From a virus, in the IMG/VR virus record IMGVR_UViG_3300021437_000010, positions 13,358 to 77,357 of that record: DNA of 64,000 nt; one strand, given 5' to 3'. The notes beneath the pieces were generated by a model that saw only the letters and a list, made by a program, of their open reading frames with translations, searched no databases and had not been told where the DNA came from. A program made the translations under genes and the position numbers. Below are positions 28,830 through 37,395 of the stretch, in pieces. The first letter of the stretch is position 1, and each line of letters starts with the position of its first letter.

Positions 28830-29012
28830 TTATCCTTTCTCCTCTTTTACAGTTTCCTGATTATTTGATGCAGCGTAGCTCTTTTCGACACGCCACATCA
28901 CCTCTTGATTAAACGAGCGTCGGTTAACTTTAGAACTCTCATGAAGTTTGTCAAGCAACACGAGAGGAACGTATATTGTAGCCCGTTTGTATTCCTCATG
29001 TTTACGTCTCAT
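28830..29012 (-). CDS. Arc family DNA-binding protein
   Basis: KRATIYVPLVLLDKLHESSKVNRRSFNQEVMWRV. Confidence 0.75.
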   Translation of the reverse strand: MRRKHEEYKRATIYVPLVLLDKLHESSKVNRRSFNQEVMWRVEKSYAASNNQETVKEEKG

Positions 29013-29060
29013 GGCGTCATGGTAACATGCGGTATTGACTTCGAAAAGAGAGGTAAAGGT

Positions 29061-29119
29061 CCTAGAGATATTTCCTTAACGAAATATCTCTAGAGAAATA
29101 TCCTTAGATTTGAGATGCA
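29061..29119 (-). promoter_or_regulatory. operator-like repeat, copy B
   Basis: Contains the reverse complement of the 29-mer at 18712-18740 plus additional GAAATATC/GATATTTC units. Confidence 0.75.
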
Positions 29120-29177
29120 TAATGTGACTTTACCTTGTTGGGCGCGTGTCCAATCTGTTACACAAGAAAATGGACAT

Positions 29178-29213
29178 AAGAATGCCTCTATCGCTTCTGA
29201 TAGAGGCATTCTT
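29178..29213 (-). terminator. terminator-like hairpin after the 3' fragment of the BRO gene
   Basis: 15-bp perfect stem AAGAATGCCTCTATC/GATAGAGGCATTCTT, 2 nt beyond the TAA at 29216-29218. Confidence 0.7.
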
Positions 29214-29405
29214 TGTTATATGGTGTGATCTGCACCCCAGAACACTCTTTGTATAACTCTCTCTTTTCCAAGAATTGCAATGCCAAACTGCACTTTGTCC
29301 CCAACTTGCTTTTTATCTCTTGGCGGCGTAAAACCCCTTGCTTTAGCTATGGGGATATAAGCCGCTTCCTTGTTTGGGGCTTGGGAATTGGGGTCCCATA
29401 ACCGC

Positions 29406-29434
29406 TTGACGTATGTCCAATTTGATGCTACAAT
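29406..29434 (+). promoter_or_regulatory. sigma70-type promoter inside the IS left part
   Basis: TTGACG-17 bp-TACAAT with extended -10 TG; ATG only 6 nt downstream (leaderless). Confidence 0.7.
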
Positions 29435-29440
29435 AGACAT

Positions 29441-29593
29441 ATGAAAGACACTATGAAGTCGCTTAGCATCCGGCTTCCTGAATACCTGTTGGAACAAATA
29501 AGGGAAGCCGCAAAGCAGAATAACCGCTCTATCAACGGAGAGGTTCTCACCGCATTGGAAGAGCATGTCAAGAAACAAAAGAAAGGCAAATAG
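29441..29593 (+). CDS. Arc family DNA-binding protein (not in ORF track)
   Basis: Translated by hand: MKDTMKSLSIRLPEYLLEQIREAAKQNNRSINGEVLTALEEHVKKQKKGK. Confidence 0.8.
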   Translation: MKDTMKSLSIRLPEYLLEQIREAAKQNNRSINGEVLTALEEHVKKQKKGK

Positions 29594-29596
29594 GCA

Positions 29597-30769
29597 GTGA
29601 GTAAGCAGAAGCGGGCGTACAAGTATCGGTTCTATCCGACCGACGAGCAAAAGCGTATTCTTGCGCAAACGTTCGGATGTGTCCGCTATGTGTACAATTG
29701 GGGACTGCATACCCGCTCTGCTGCCTACAAGCTTGGACAAAGGCTCTACTACAACGATCTTGCTGCCATGTTGCCAGATCTCAAGCGTGAGTATCCTTGG
29801 CTTGGAGATGTCTCCAGTGTGCCTATTCAGCAGTCTCTTCGCCACTTGGATAAAGCCTTCAAGAACTTCTTCGAGGGACGCGCCAAGTACCCACACTTCA
29901 AGAAGAAGCAGAATGCCCAATCGGCTACGTACGCTGCGAATGCATTCAAGTGGGATGGGAAACATCTCACTCTTGCGAAAATGGATGCTCCTCTGGGTAT
30001 CCACTTGCACAGGAAGCTCCCCAAAGATGCAAAACCTAGCTCGGTCACTATCACCAAGGATTGCGCCAACCGCTATTTTGTGTCCATGCTGGTAGAGGAC
30101 AAAATCGAACATCTGCCAGTGGTCAATGCTATGGTTGGTCTGGACCTTGGTCTCAAATCGATGGTCATTCTCTCGACGGGTGAGGCTGTCGGCAATCCCA
30201 AATTCTACGCCCAAGATGAGAAGAGACTGGTAAAAGCTCAGAGACGGCACGCAAAAAAGAAGAAAGGTTCCAAGAACCGGAACAAGGCCCGTCTCAAAGT
30301 GGCCCGTGTTCACGCTCGTATTCAAGACAGAAGACGAGATTACCAGCACAAACTCAGCACACGCATAATTCGCGAAAACCAAGTGATTTGCGTGGAGAGT
30401 CTGGCCGTCAAGAACATGGTCAAGAACCACAAGCTTGCAAAGGCTATCAGCGATGTGGGATGGGGAGAGTTCGTTCGACAACTGGACTATAAATCCAAGT
30501 GGTATGGACGTACCCTGGTCAAGATTGACCGCTTCTTTCCCTCTAGCAAAACCTGCCATGACTGCAAGCATGTTCTCGACTCCTTAACCTTGGACGTGCG
30601 TGAATGGGCATGTCCCCAATGTGGCATTGTTCACGATCGTGACACTAATGCCGCGCTAAACATTCTGGCCGAGGGGCTCTCGGCGTCGGCCTGTGGAGGG
30701 AGTGTCAGACCCGTTCGGGCGAAAGCTCGTCGGGCAACCCCCGTTGAAGCAGGAAACTCTCGTTCGTGA
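29597..30769 (+). CDS. tnpB: TnpB RNA-guided endonuclease
   Basis: AYKYRFYPT HTH; RuvC GLDLGLK, ICVESL and HDRDTNAALNI; Zn finger CHDC/CPQC; all catalytic residues present. Confidence 0.95.
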   Translation: MSKQKRAYKYRFYPTDEQKRILAQTFGCVRYVYNWGLHTRSAAYKLGQRLYYNDLAAMLPDLKREYPWLGDVSSVPIQQSLRHLDKAFKNFFEGRAKYPHFKKKQNAQSATYAANAFKWDGKHLTLAKMDAPLGIHLHRKLPKDAKPSSVTITKDCANRYFVSMLVEDKIEHLPVVNAMVGLDLGLKSMVILSTGEAVGNPKFYAQDEKRLVKAQRRHAKKKKGSKNRNKARLKVARVHARIQDRRRDYQHKLSTRIIRENQVICVESLAVKNMVKNHKLAKAISDVGWGEFVRQLDYKSKWYGRTLVKIDRFFPSSKTCHDCKHVLDSLTLDVREWACPQCGIVHDRDTNAALNILAEGLSASACGGSVRPVRAKARRATPVEAGNSRS

Positions 30770-30830
30770 GAATGAGAAGCCCCTGCCCTTTAGGCATGGG
30801 GAGATGTCACAGAACTTAATATCCATAGGC
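30600..30830 (+). ncRNA. predicted TnpB omega/reRNA (5' boundary approximate) with flank-derived guide AGAACTTAATATCCATAGGC
   Basis: Established biology: reRNA derives from the tnpB 3' end and right end, and the guide is the sequence 3' of the right end (30811 onward). Confidence 0.55.
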
Positions 30831-31497
30831 TTACGCTTGCCCCTGGTGAAAGAGTTCTCAGGATACTTCTCATTTTCCAGTCCCTTAAGCAAAGCTTTCT
30901 TTTGACCGCTAGCATGCATCAGATCTTCGTAGAACTGAATCGCTATCCTCAAAAGCTCGGGGTCGTCAAGTAGGTCGAGATGAGAAATTTCGTTGTAGCC
31001 TGTTAAGCTTAGTTCGCCGTTTATGCTATACGAGCCAGTTTTGAAGATGGCTGGTAGAACTTCCCCGAAAACCCACTCACGAAACGGAATTGCATTTGGC
31101 TTGTCCGATCGTGCAACAAAATCCAGGTAATTTGGGAAGGAAATGCAGGTGCACATTTGCCGACCCCCTTTGGTAAGGACCTCGATTGAATCGACCCCCT
31201 TTGGGAATAGTAATCGTTTTACGACATCACTGGGATTGCCAATTTCCAAGATCTTGCAGGCGTCGGCAAGAATGGGCATTGGCTCGTTGCTAACCCAAAC
31301 GACACGAACGGGTTGACTGTTGAACTCAAAAAGTTGTAATTTATTATCCATGTAAGGTTAACTCCTTCTTGTTGTGTGTCTCCAAAGCAACTAACTTGTA
31401 AGACACATAGCACGTACACCTCTTGCGAAAGAAGTGCGAACGGTGGTTAGGGGTAGTCAGTGTGGGCTTGTCGAGGGCATTGGACTGACTACCCCTG

Positions 31498-31731
31498 CTA
31501 AGCGGCTTCCTTTGTCTCTTCCTTTGCTGGTTTCTTTTCTTCCATAGTCCATGGCTTCTCTTTTGCCTCTTTGATCCTATTGGCATCTACCACAGACATG
31601 TAAGCACGGTTATCAAACCTAAACCTATGTGTCTTTATGCCAAACCCTTTTATGTAGTAGTAGAGCGATGATCGCTTTATTCCTACATACGCAGCTACTT
31701 CTGCCAAGGTCATGTATTCTTTTCCCTCCAT
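31498..31731 (-). CDS. HTH_17/excisionase-like DNA-binding protein
   Basis: YMTLAEVAAYVGIKRSSLYYYI. Confidence 0.75.
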   Translation of the reverse strand: MEGKEYMTLAEVAAYVGIKRSSLYYYIKGFGIKTHRFRFDNRAYMSVVDANRIKEAKEKPWTMEEKKPAKEETKEAA

Positions 31732-31816
31732 AGGTCCTCCTTTCTAGTGAAAGACTACCACAGATGACTGATTTTGTCAACCACTATCAAATACCAGAGA
31801 TTAGCAGCTAAAGGTG

Positions 31817-31845
31817 TTGATTTCTGTTGAAAGGTGTGGTATACT
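31817..31845 (+). promoter_or_regulatory. sigma70-type promoter
   Basis: TTGATT-17 bp-TATACT with TG extension. Confidence 0.65.
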
Positions 31846-32032
31846 TTGAATGTCCCCTCGGAAATATCCAGGGACAATAAAAAGACCGCCTCTGTGTCCG
31901 CAGAGATGGCTTGTCGGAGTGCTCCGACAAAGAGGTACAGGGTTGCAAACAGCCACTTTTGAGTTAGGCCGCAATGGCGGCGTCATGTGTCGATATTAGG
32001 TCTCGTAATAATATCGAAAAATAGGAGGCAAT

Positions 32033-32320
32033 GTGAGTACAAAAATTATCACCGTGTGCGGTTCTATGCGGTTCTTCCGCGAAATGCTTGTATATGCAGG
32101 GACATATACTCTAAACGGGTACATTGTATTAATGCCTTTTGTTACAGGGGCAGGAGGTGACGTGAAGTTTGAATTAGATGAGCTTCATAAACGGAAAATT
32201 GACCTGAGCACATCAGTGCTTGTGGTCAATATCGGCGGATATATCGGAGAGAGTACCCGTAGTGAGATCGCTTACTCCTTGAGCAATGGCAAATCAGTAA
32301 TTTATGTGGAGGAGGCATAA
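32033..32320 (+). CDS. DUF4406 / nucleoside deoxyribosyltransferase-like Rossmann protein
   Basis: IITVCGSMRF, LHKRKIDLS..VLVVN.GGYIGESTRSEI. Confidence 0.6.
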   Translation: MSTKIITVCGSMRFFREMLVYAGTYTLNGYIVLMPFVTGAGGDVKFELDELHKRKIDLSTSVLVVNIGGYIGESTRSEIAYSLSNGKSVIYVEEA

Positions 32321-32661
32321 TGGACATTATTAACTATTCAAGGATGCACGCGTCTTTACGATCGCAGCTTGAAGAGATTATGCTGCTATTGGACGCGCTC
32401 GATTCTACAGATATAGCCATTTTTGATTTCGTGATGGATGCTCTTGAGATTGTCGAGAATCGGTACAACGACTCGACGCTCTCCAGAGTAGCAGATGTTT
32501 TTGAAGATGGAATGTGTATCCTTGACGATCTAGGATTTATCAAGGATGATGCCAGAATTGTAGAGCGGAAGCTTAGAAGTCAAGCTCTTGATGACATTGA
32601 TATCAAGAGCTTGACCCAGATCCTCACATCTTGGGCTGACGCGGAGGTACCCCATGTTTGA
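32320..32661 (+). CDS. hypothetical protein
   Basis: 113-aa acidic ORF, coupled to neighbours. Confidence 0.55.
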   Translation: MDIINYSRMHASLRSQLEEIMLLLDALDSTDIAIFDFVMDALEIVENRYNDSTLSRVADVFEDGMCILDDLGFIKDDARIVERKLRSQALDDIDIKSLTQILTSWADAEVPHV

Positions 32662-33028
32662 GGTTAGCATTACTGGCTGGACATCCGATAATCACGGTGT
32701 CCAGTTGCCAATATGTCAGGTGGCATCATCGGTGCCGATTAAAGTCGCTCGTATAGAGTATGATAGTTATCCCAGCGGCTTGATTGATGTCTTTGTTGTA
32801 AGCAAAGGTCCTTACATGATATCACGCGTTCTCTGGAATGCGTCAAGGATCTACATCTTAATAGACAGTATCAGTGCCATATTAGTAAATGCAGGTAATA
32901 GTGTAGGCGTGTTCTTGTATTCGTTTAGTTCTAGGCTCGTTGTCAACGGTATTCGATCTCAAAATACGCAAGGTATCGAAAATCTCTTCCTACGTCTGGA
33001 CGACGGGGAAGTGTTTCACGTTGTGTAG
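32654..33028 (+). CDS. hypothetical protein
   Basis: 124-aa ORF followed by a terminator-like hairpin at about 33045-33080. Confidence 0.5.
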   Translation: MFEVSITGWTSDNHGVQLPICQVASSVPIKVARIEYDSYPSGLIDVFVVSKGPYMISRVLWNASRIYILIDSISAILVNAGNSVGVFLYSFSSRLVVNGIRSQNTQGIENLFLRLDDGEVFHVV

Positions 33029-33099
33029 TGCAATCAGCGGTTTCAGGAGAGTGCGCTTGGTGGTGCCTCTCCTTTTTTGCTGCAGAATGTAGTTAGATA

Positions 33100-33588
33100 T
33101 CAGTCTGTGCCCAATTCAACCGTTTGTCGCACAGCAGCAAACTTTTCAGTGTCTCGATCTTTCGTTATGAGCATATGCTCATAACTGCGATATGCAGTCA
33201 TGACCTCTTCAGGCGTACCATACAGAGCTAACCTCCACATGTCAGTTTCAAGTTGTTCTGATAAGGAACATTCTTCCTTGAGCAAATGCAACCAAATGAA
33301 CACTTGCGAATATGTCAATGGAAATTCTCCTTTAATAGCACGGCAAATAGCAGAATGTTGTATACCGCCTGTGCTGTACGATTTCTGTATGTGCCCGTTC
33401 CTTATCAAATAATCGCGATATGACACTGACCTTCTTCCTAGCTCACGTTGACTGATACCGGCATGATCGCACAAAAAACTCAGCAATAATCCAAATACTT
33501 TACGTGCATTAGAATGAAATATTGCTGATATCTCGTGTGAACGGTCCTTTTTAGACATTGTATGTTTGAGACCTCCTTCGCTATCCAT
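33100..33588 (-). CDS. XRE-like HTH regulator
   Basis: LCDHAGISQRELGRR; divergent from a second XRE gene. Confidence 0.6.
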   Translation of the reverse strand: MDSEGGLKHTMSKKDRSHEISAIFHSNARKVFGLLLSFLCDHAGISQRELGRRSVSYRDYLIRNGHIQKSYSTGGIQHSAICRAIKGEFPLTYSQVFIWLHLLKEECSLSEQLETDMWRLALYGTPEEVMTAYRSYEHMLITKDRDTEKFAAVRQTVELGTD

Positions 33589-33835
33589 GACTATTGTTCA
33601 ATGGCACGTAGCATAGCATAGACGTGCCGTAATAGCACAAGGTGCCAAAGTGGTACTAGCTAAGAAATACCACTTAAGTGTGATTGTCCTCCTATTGACA
33701 AGTGGTAAATAAAAAACATTTGCGCAAGGTTGTGAAATCTTTACCACTGCATATGAAACACATCGCCCAGGGTTGTGGTGTCATAAATAGTGCTTGTGTA
33801 TCCTAGCTTCAAACGGCTAGAAACTAGGTCTTTAT

Positions 33836-34054
33836 GTGCTCAGGCAATTGTTTAGCACTCGTCTCAAACAAATCAGGAAGCAGCAAAAGATGACTCAAGA
33901 GAAACTTGCTGAGGCCGTAGGGGTGTCAACATCAACCATCCAAAGATGGGAATATGCGGATGATGCTCCATCATTTGACCGGATTGAGGTATTGGCACGA
34001 GCACTAAACGTTAGGGCAAGAGACCTCTTCGATTTCGGGGACACTGAGATTTGA
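33836..34054 (+). CDS. XRE family HTH regulator
   Basis: RLKQIRKQQKMTQEKLAEAVGVSTSTIQRWE. Confidence 0.9.
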   Translation: MLRQLFSTRLKQIRKQQKMTQEKLAEAVGVSTSTIQRWEYADDAPSFDRIEVLARALNVRARDLFDFGDTEI

Positions 34055-34141
34055 TCTGCTGTGTAGCGGAAAACTAAGCCAGCAGATCAGCAAACGCGAT
34101 GCCTCAAGATATGGAGACGCGTCAATAGTCATAAACGCACC

Positions 34142-34175
34142 AGCTACCAAATATTAACATTGGTAGCTTTTTGCC
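34142..34175 (+). terminator. rho-independent terminator
   Basis: AGCTACCA-11 nt-TGGTAGCT followed by TTTT. Confidence 0.55.
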
Positions 34176-34536
34176 ATGGTTTAGGAACCTCAACAAAATA
34201 CCCCTGATGTACACCACATCGTAACCTGCAAAGATAGTTACTTTTGAGTAGAAGAACGTATAGTACTCATACTAAGGTGTTGCTACAACAGCAACGCTCA
34301 GGACAAAGGCCAGTCCTTGACCAAACTTGTTTTCATCGAAGAAAAGAGGTACTACAACTCCCACGATGTCTACTATTTGCGCAATAGTGAACTAGAATAT
34401 TTCAGTTACCCCCGTCGGGATTTTTTGTTCATTTTGCCGCATGTACAAAATGAACATACGCGCATGTAAGTTTCTACGCAAGCACATACGCTTGTATGGC
34501 AATTACGAGTCTAAGCAATCTTCATGCAATCTTTAT

Positions 34537-34550
34537 AGAACAAGTGTTCT
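34537..34550. promoter_or_regulatory. LexA (SOS) box, GAAC-N4-GTTC type
   Basis: AGAAC-AAGT-GTTCT palindrome in the intergenic region upstream of the long rightward operon. Confidence 0.6.
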
Positions 34551-34589
34551 TGAACCTCACAAAATGGCTTCTGCGTACGTCTAAGAACC

Positions 34590-34625
34590 ATCTAAGGATT
34601 TTTCTCTAGAGAAATTTCCTAAGAG
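34590..34625 (+). promoter_or_regulatory. operator-like repeat, copy C
   Basis: ATCTAAGGATTTTTCTCTAGAGAAATTTCC closely matches copies A and B. Confidence 0.7.
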
Positions 34626-34723
34626 ACATAGCCTGATTTATTCGAGAAAATAGAGTTACCGACTCATGCTTCATCTCCCCCAGGTCCCAATTGAGTCGGC
34701 AATATTAGAAGAAGAGGCAGATC

Positions 34724-34963
34724 ATGGAAACGATCCAAGCAAACAAGTTGCCAAACTTCACTCCGCGTGAATTAGATGTGATTCAACTCCTCGCACATTT
34801 CAAGACACGCAAACAAATATCTGCGTGTCTTAGCATAACGTATGATACTGTTGACTCTTATATGCATAGCATATTCAAGAAGGTAGGTTTGCACAAGCAA
34901 GTAGAGCTTATCGCGTTTGCAAATGAAAACGGGTTTGGCAAAGATGAGGTAATCAATGGATAA
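34724..34963 (+). CDS. LuxR-type HTH (solo)
   Basis: FTPRELDVIQLLA..IS..L.I...TVDSYMHSIFKKVG. Confidence 0.85.
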   Translation: METIQANKLPNFTPRELDVIQLLAHFKTRKQISACLSITYDTVDSYMHSIFKKVGLHKQVELIAFANENGFGKDEVING

Positions 34964-35294
34964 AAAGACACTGTATAAATTTTTGCCATACACATCCAAT
35001 CTTGATGCAAGAAGCATTTACAGAGCACTTGAGAGGCATTTCAAGGTTGGCATCAGCTGCCAACGATGTACGTGTTATCACCGATACGGTCTAATGCTAA
35101 TTACAGGCGACTATAGTAGTTTTTACGAGCACATTACAGATGTCGGCAACGAAGGCAGGAAAAACGCCATTGCACATTTTGAGTGGTCATTTGGTCAGGT
35201 TACAGACTCAGGCTTGATTACAATTGAGCAACGTGATGAACGACTCTATGAGGTTGTTTTCACGCAGTTGGCACCAAAGGAGGTCCTAGTATGA
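34956..35294 (+). CDS. hypothetical protein
   Basis: 112-aa ORF, overlapping coupling. Confidence 0.55.
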   Translation: MDKKTLYKFLPYTSNLDARSIYRALERHFKVGISCQRCTCYHRYGLMLITGDYSSFYEHITDVGNEGRKNAIAHFEWSFGQVTDSGLITIEQRDERLYEVVFTQLAPKEVLV

Positions 35295-35746
35295 ATGATT
35301 TGTATTTTGAGCCTGCAATTGCAACATTCGAGCTGCCATTGCCACCTGGAATAAACAGTTCCTATGGTATAGGCAAATCAAGGACAACAGGCAATCCTCG
35401 TATTGTATCTAATGAGCAACACAAGCAATTCAAAAGAGATGCGGCTCTGCTTGCTAATAATCAGCTTCAATTGATGGATAAGCCGAATAGATCTACATAT
35501 GAGCGTGCGATTGAGCAAATCAACAAATACAGATTGTTCATATTCCTTGAAGTTCTGTTCTTCCTTGAAGATATCTTGTCTCGTGATGAGGATGGCGGTC
35601 TTAAAGTGGTGCAGGACGTAGTTTGTCAATGCATAGGTATCAATGATAAATATGTACTAGGTGCGCATTTATGCAAGCGCAAGTCAAATAGCAATTCAAG
35701 ATGCGAGATTGCTGTCTACATAGCAAATCAGGAGAACGCGCTATGA
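35291..35746 (+). CDS. rusA: RusA-like Holliday junction resolvase
   Basis: LPLPPGINSSY, RDEDGGLKVVQD and GINDKYV. Confidence 0.75.
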   Translation: MNDLYFEPAIATFELPLPPGINSSYGIGKSRTTGNPRIVSNEQHKQFKRDAALLANNQLQLMDKPNRSTYERAIEQINKYRLFIFLEVLFFLEDILSRDEDGGLKVVQDVVCQCIGINDKYVLGAHLCKRKSNSNSRCEIAVYIANQENAL

Positions 35747-36141
35747 GACGAATATTTAAGCGAGTGGCTGCCTTTGCCCCTGTAAAGAAGAACAAAGAAT
35801 ACCGACATGCGGTCCCTAGATCATTTAAACAGTTCAAACTCGACAAACGCGTTTTCCAAGAGATTGACACATGTTCGTTTATCAGACCATATGTTATTGG
35901 AGAAACTGATGGATTTGATTTGCCAGAGGGCATTGACCTAAATCAGATTAAATGGACATATGTACTAAGTCCAGGTGATTTAGATCATGTAAATAAACAT
36001 ATGTTGCAATTGCCAACACATCTTGGAGCAGTCGTGTTCGACATGTTGGAAGGCGAAAGAGCACACGCGAGAGTACTTCTCACGCAAGAGCAGATGAAGA
36101 TTATACACGAGTCGGCAAAAAAGCGAGAATATTCCCGATGA
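35743..36141 (+). CDS. hypothetical protein
   Basis: Start MRRIFKR coupled to the rusA stop. Confidence 0.55.
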   Translation: MRRIFKRVAAFAPVKKNKEYRHAVPRSFKQFKLDKRVFQEIDTCSFIRPYVIGETDGFDLPEGIDLNQIKWTYVLSPGDLDHVNKHMLQLPTHLGAVVFDMLEGERAHARVLLTQEQMKIIHESAKKREYSR

Positions 36142-36491
36142 GATTTGCGATTAAGTGTCCCCGCTGCGGCTCTACAATCAGGTTAGAACCGCCGTGGATG
36201 AGACTTATCTATTCATGTCGTTGTAAGCCTGAGAAGGCCATGCTGGCCTTCTCATTGCGATTGGAGGCCACTCAATCGCCAACATCCACACATGACGAGT
36301 TGAATCCAGAAACCATCGCTCGTATGTATTATTATATTCGAGAGTTGCGAGTAAAACATGCAGGCACATGTAATCTATGCAAAGCCGTTGCTGAACAAGG
36401 ATTAGTGTGTCCTGACCTGGAAGAGCTGCGTATAGTGTGCAATAAGTGGTTATCTTTGAAAATAACATGTCCAGAGGAGAAACACATATGA
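36138..36491 (+). CDS. hypothetical Zn-binding protein
   Basis: CPRC, CRC and CNLC. Confidence 0.5.
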   Translation: MRFAIKCPRCGSTIRLEPPWMRLIYSCRCKPEKAMLAFSLRLEATQSPTSTHDELNPETIARMYYYIRELRVKHAGTCNLCKAVAEQGLVCPDLEELRIVCNKWLSLKITCPEEKHI

Positions 36492-36952
36492 GCAGAGCAC
36501 AAGGCACCGAGCTACTCAAACAACGCGTGCGAGTCTCGTTCGATTTTGATGTCATTTGTAATGACGGGCCAGTACATAATTCAGGCAACGATGATGATGA
36601 TGTGAAACAGTACGATCTGGCCCTGCTCAGGAGCTTCCTCAGCGCCGACAAAGAGAAACTCCTCCACATGCTGGTGGACGCTATCGGCGCTGAGATGGGC
36701 CTGAATAGCACTGATAGCTTCATGAGACAGTTCTTACCAGAGATAGATATAAACAGCCACGTCCTGTTCAGCAAGGCCATAGGCGGGCTATGTGGCGATG
36801 TAGGAGATTATTGGAGAGAGACACGAGATGATAGTGATCTCCCATGGGGCGAAGTCCTCACTCTTGCCACTGAAAAGCTTTTCGAATGCTTCAAAGCAGA
36901 GTTCGTGAAAAGTAGTTACACGGTGATAGGAGAAAATAATGTCATATGTTAG
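36488..36952 (+). CDS. hypothetical protein
   Basis: Start MSRAQG after AGGAG. Confidence 0.55.
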   Translation: MSRAQGTELLKQRVRVSFDFDVICNDGPVHNSGNDDDDVKQYDLALLRSFLSADKEKLLHMLVDAIGAEMGLNSTDSFMRQFLPEIDINSHVLFSKAIGGLCGDVGDYWRETRDDSDLPWGEVLTLATEKLFECFKAEFVKSSYTVIGENNVIC

Positions 36953-37137
36953 AGGTAAGTGCGATGAATGCAAGTGTGAGAATGAATGGAAGCATCCATG
37001 TTCTAGATGCGAGAATGTTGTATGTGATCAGCATGCGCATATTGCACGATCATATAAAGATGAAAGTTGTACATATGTATGTAACGGTTGTTATCAGCTA
37101 TGCATGGAAGCATACAGACGGAAACAGCGGCGTGATA

Positions 37138-37395
37138 ATGAATGACAGCAAAAAATCGTTGACAGCACGCGAAACCGAAGCCTTGCATCTACTTGCGCAA
37201 GGCATGTGTAACGCAAAAATAGCTGAAATATTGGTTGTTGGGGAAAGATCAATTCAGGAGTACGTACGTAGAATCATGCGTAGAACGGGTATCCATAATC
37301 GCGTGTTGCTCGCTTTCTACGCATTTCGCGAAGGGTATGTTACGAATGCTGAAATAAAAGATGCTATAGAGCTAGAGAGGCAGAAACAAACATGA
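37138..37395 (+). CDS. LuxR-type HTH (solo)
   Basis: LTARETEALHLLAQGMCNAKIAEIL. Confidence 0.85.
   Translation: MNDSKKSLTARETEALHLLAQGMCNAKIAEILVVGERSIQEYVRRIMRRTGIHNRVLLAFYAFREGYVTNAEIKDAIELERQKQT

Larger units (their letters stand above)
29317..30810 (+). mobile_element. IS200/IS605-family non-autonomous element (tnpB + Arc gene, no tnpA)
   Basis: Left hairpin AAACCCCTTGCTTTAGCTATGGGG, right hairpin GCCCCTGCCCTTTAGGCATGGGG ending GAGATGTCAC; TTTAT immediately 5'; no target duplication; boundaries supported by in-frame restoration of the host gene. Confidence 0.85.
29216..31351 (-). pseudogene. BRO-N antirepressor-like gene interrupted by the tnpB element (fragments 31351-30811 and 29316-29216)
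   Basis: LQLFEFNSQPVRVV, ARSDKPNAIPFREWVFGEVLPAIFKTGSYS; removing 29317-30810 rejoins the frame (KPMDIKF-Y-KKQVGD...DHTI*), 213 aa. Confidence 0.85.

Noticed and set aside
29216-30571. 451-aa minus-strand ORF over the IS
   Set aside because: Antisense shadow of tnpB; only its last ~33 codons are real, as the 3' fragment of the BRO gene
29317-30810. Possibility that the tnpB element is an IStron that splices out of the BRO mRNA
   Set aside because: The element is antisense to the host gene and no group I core was found within it
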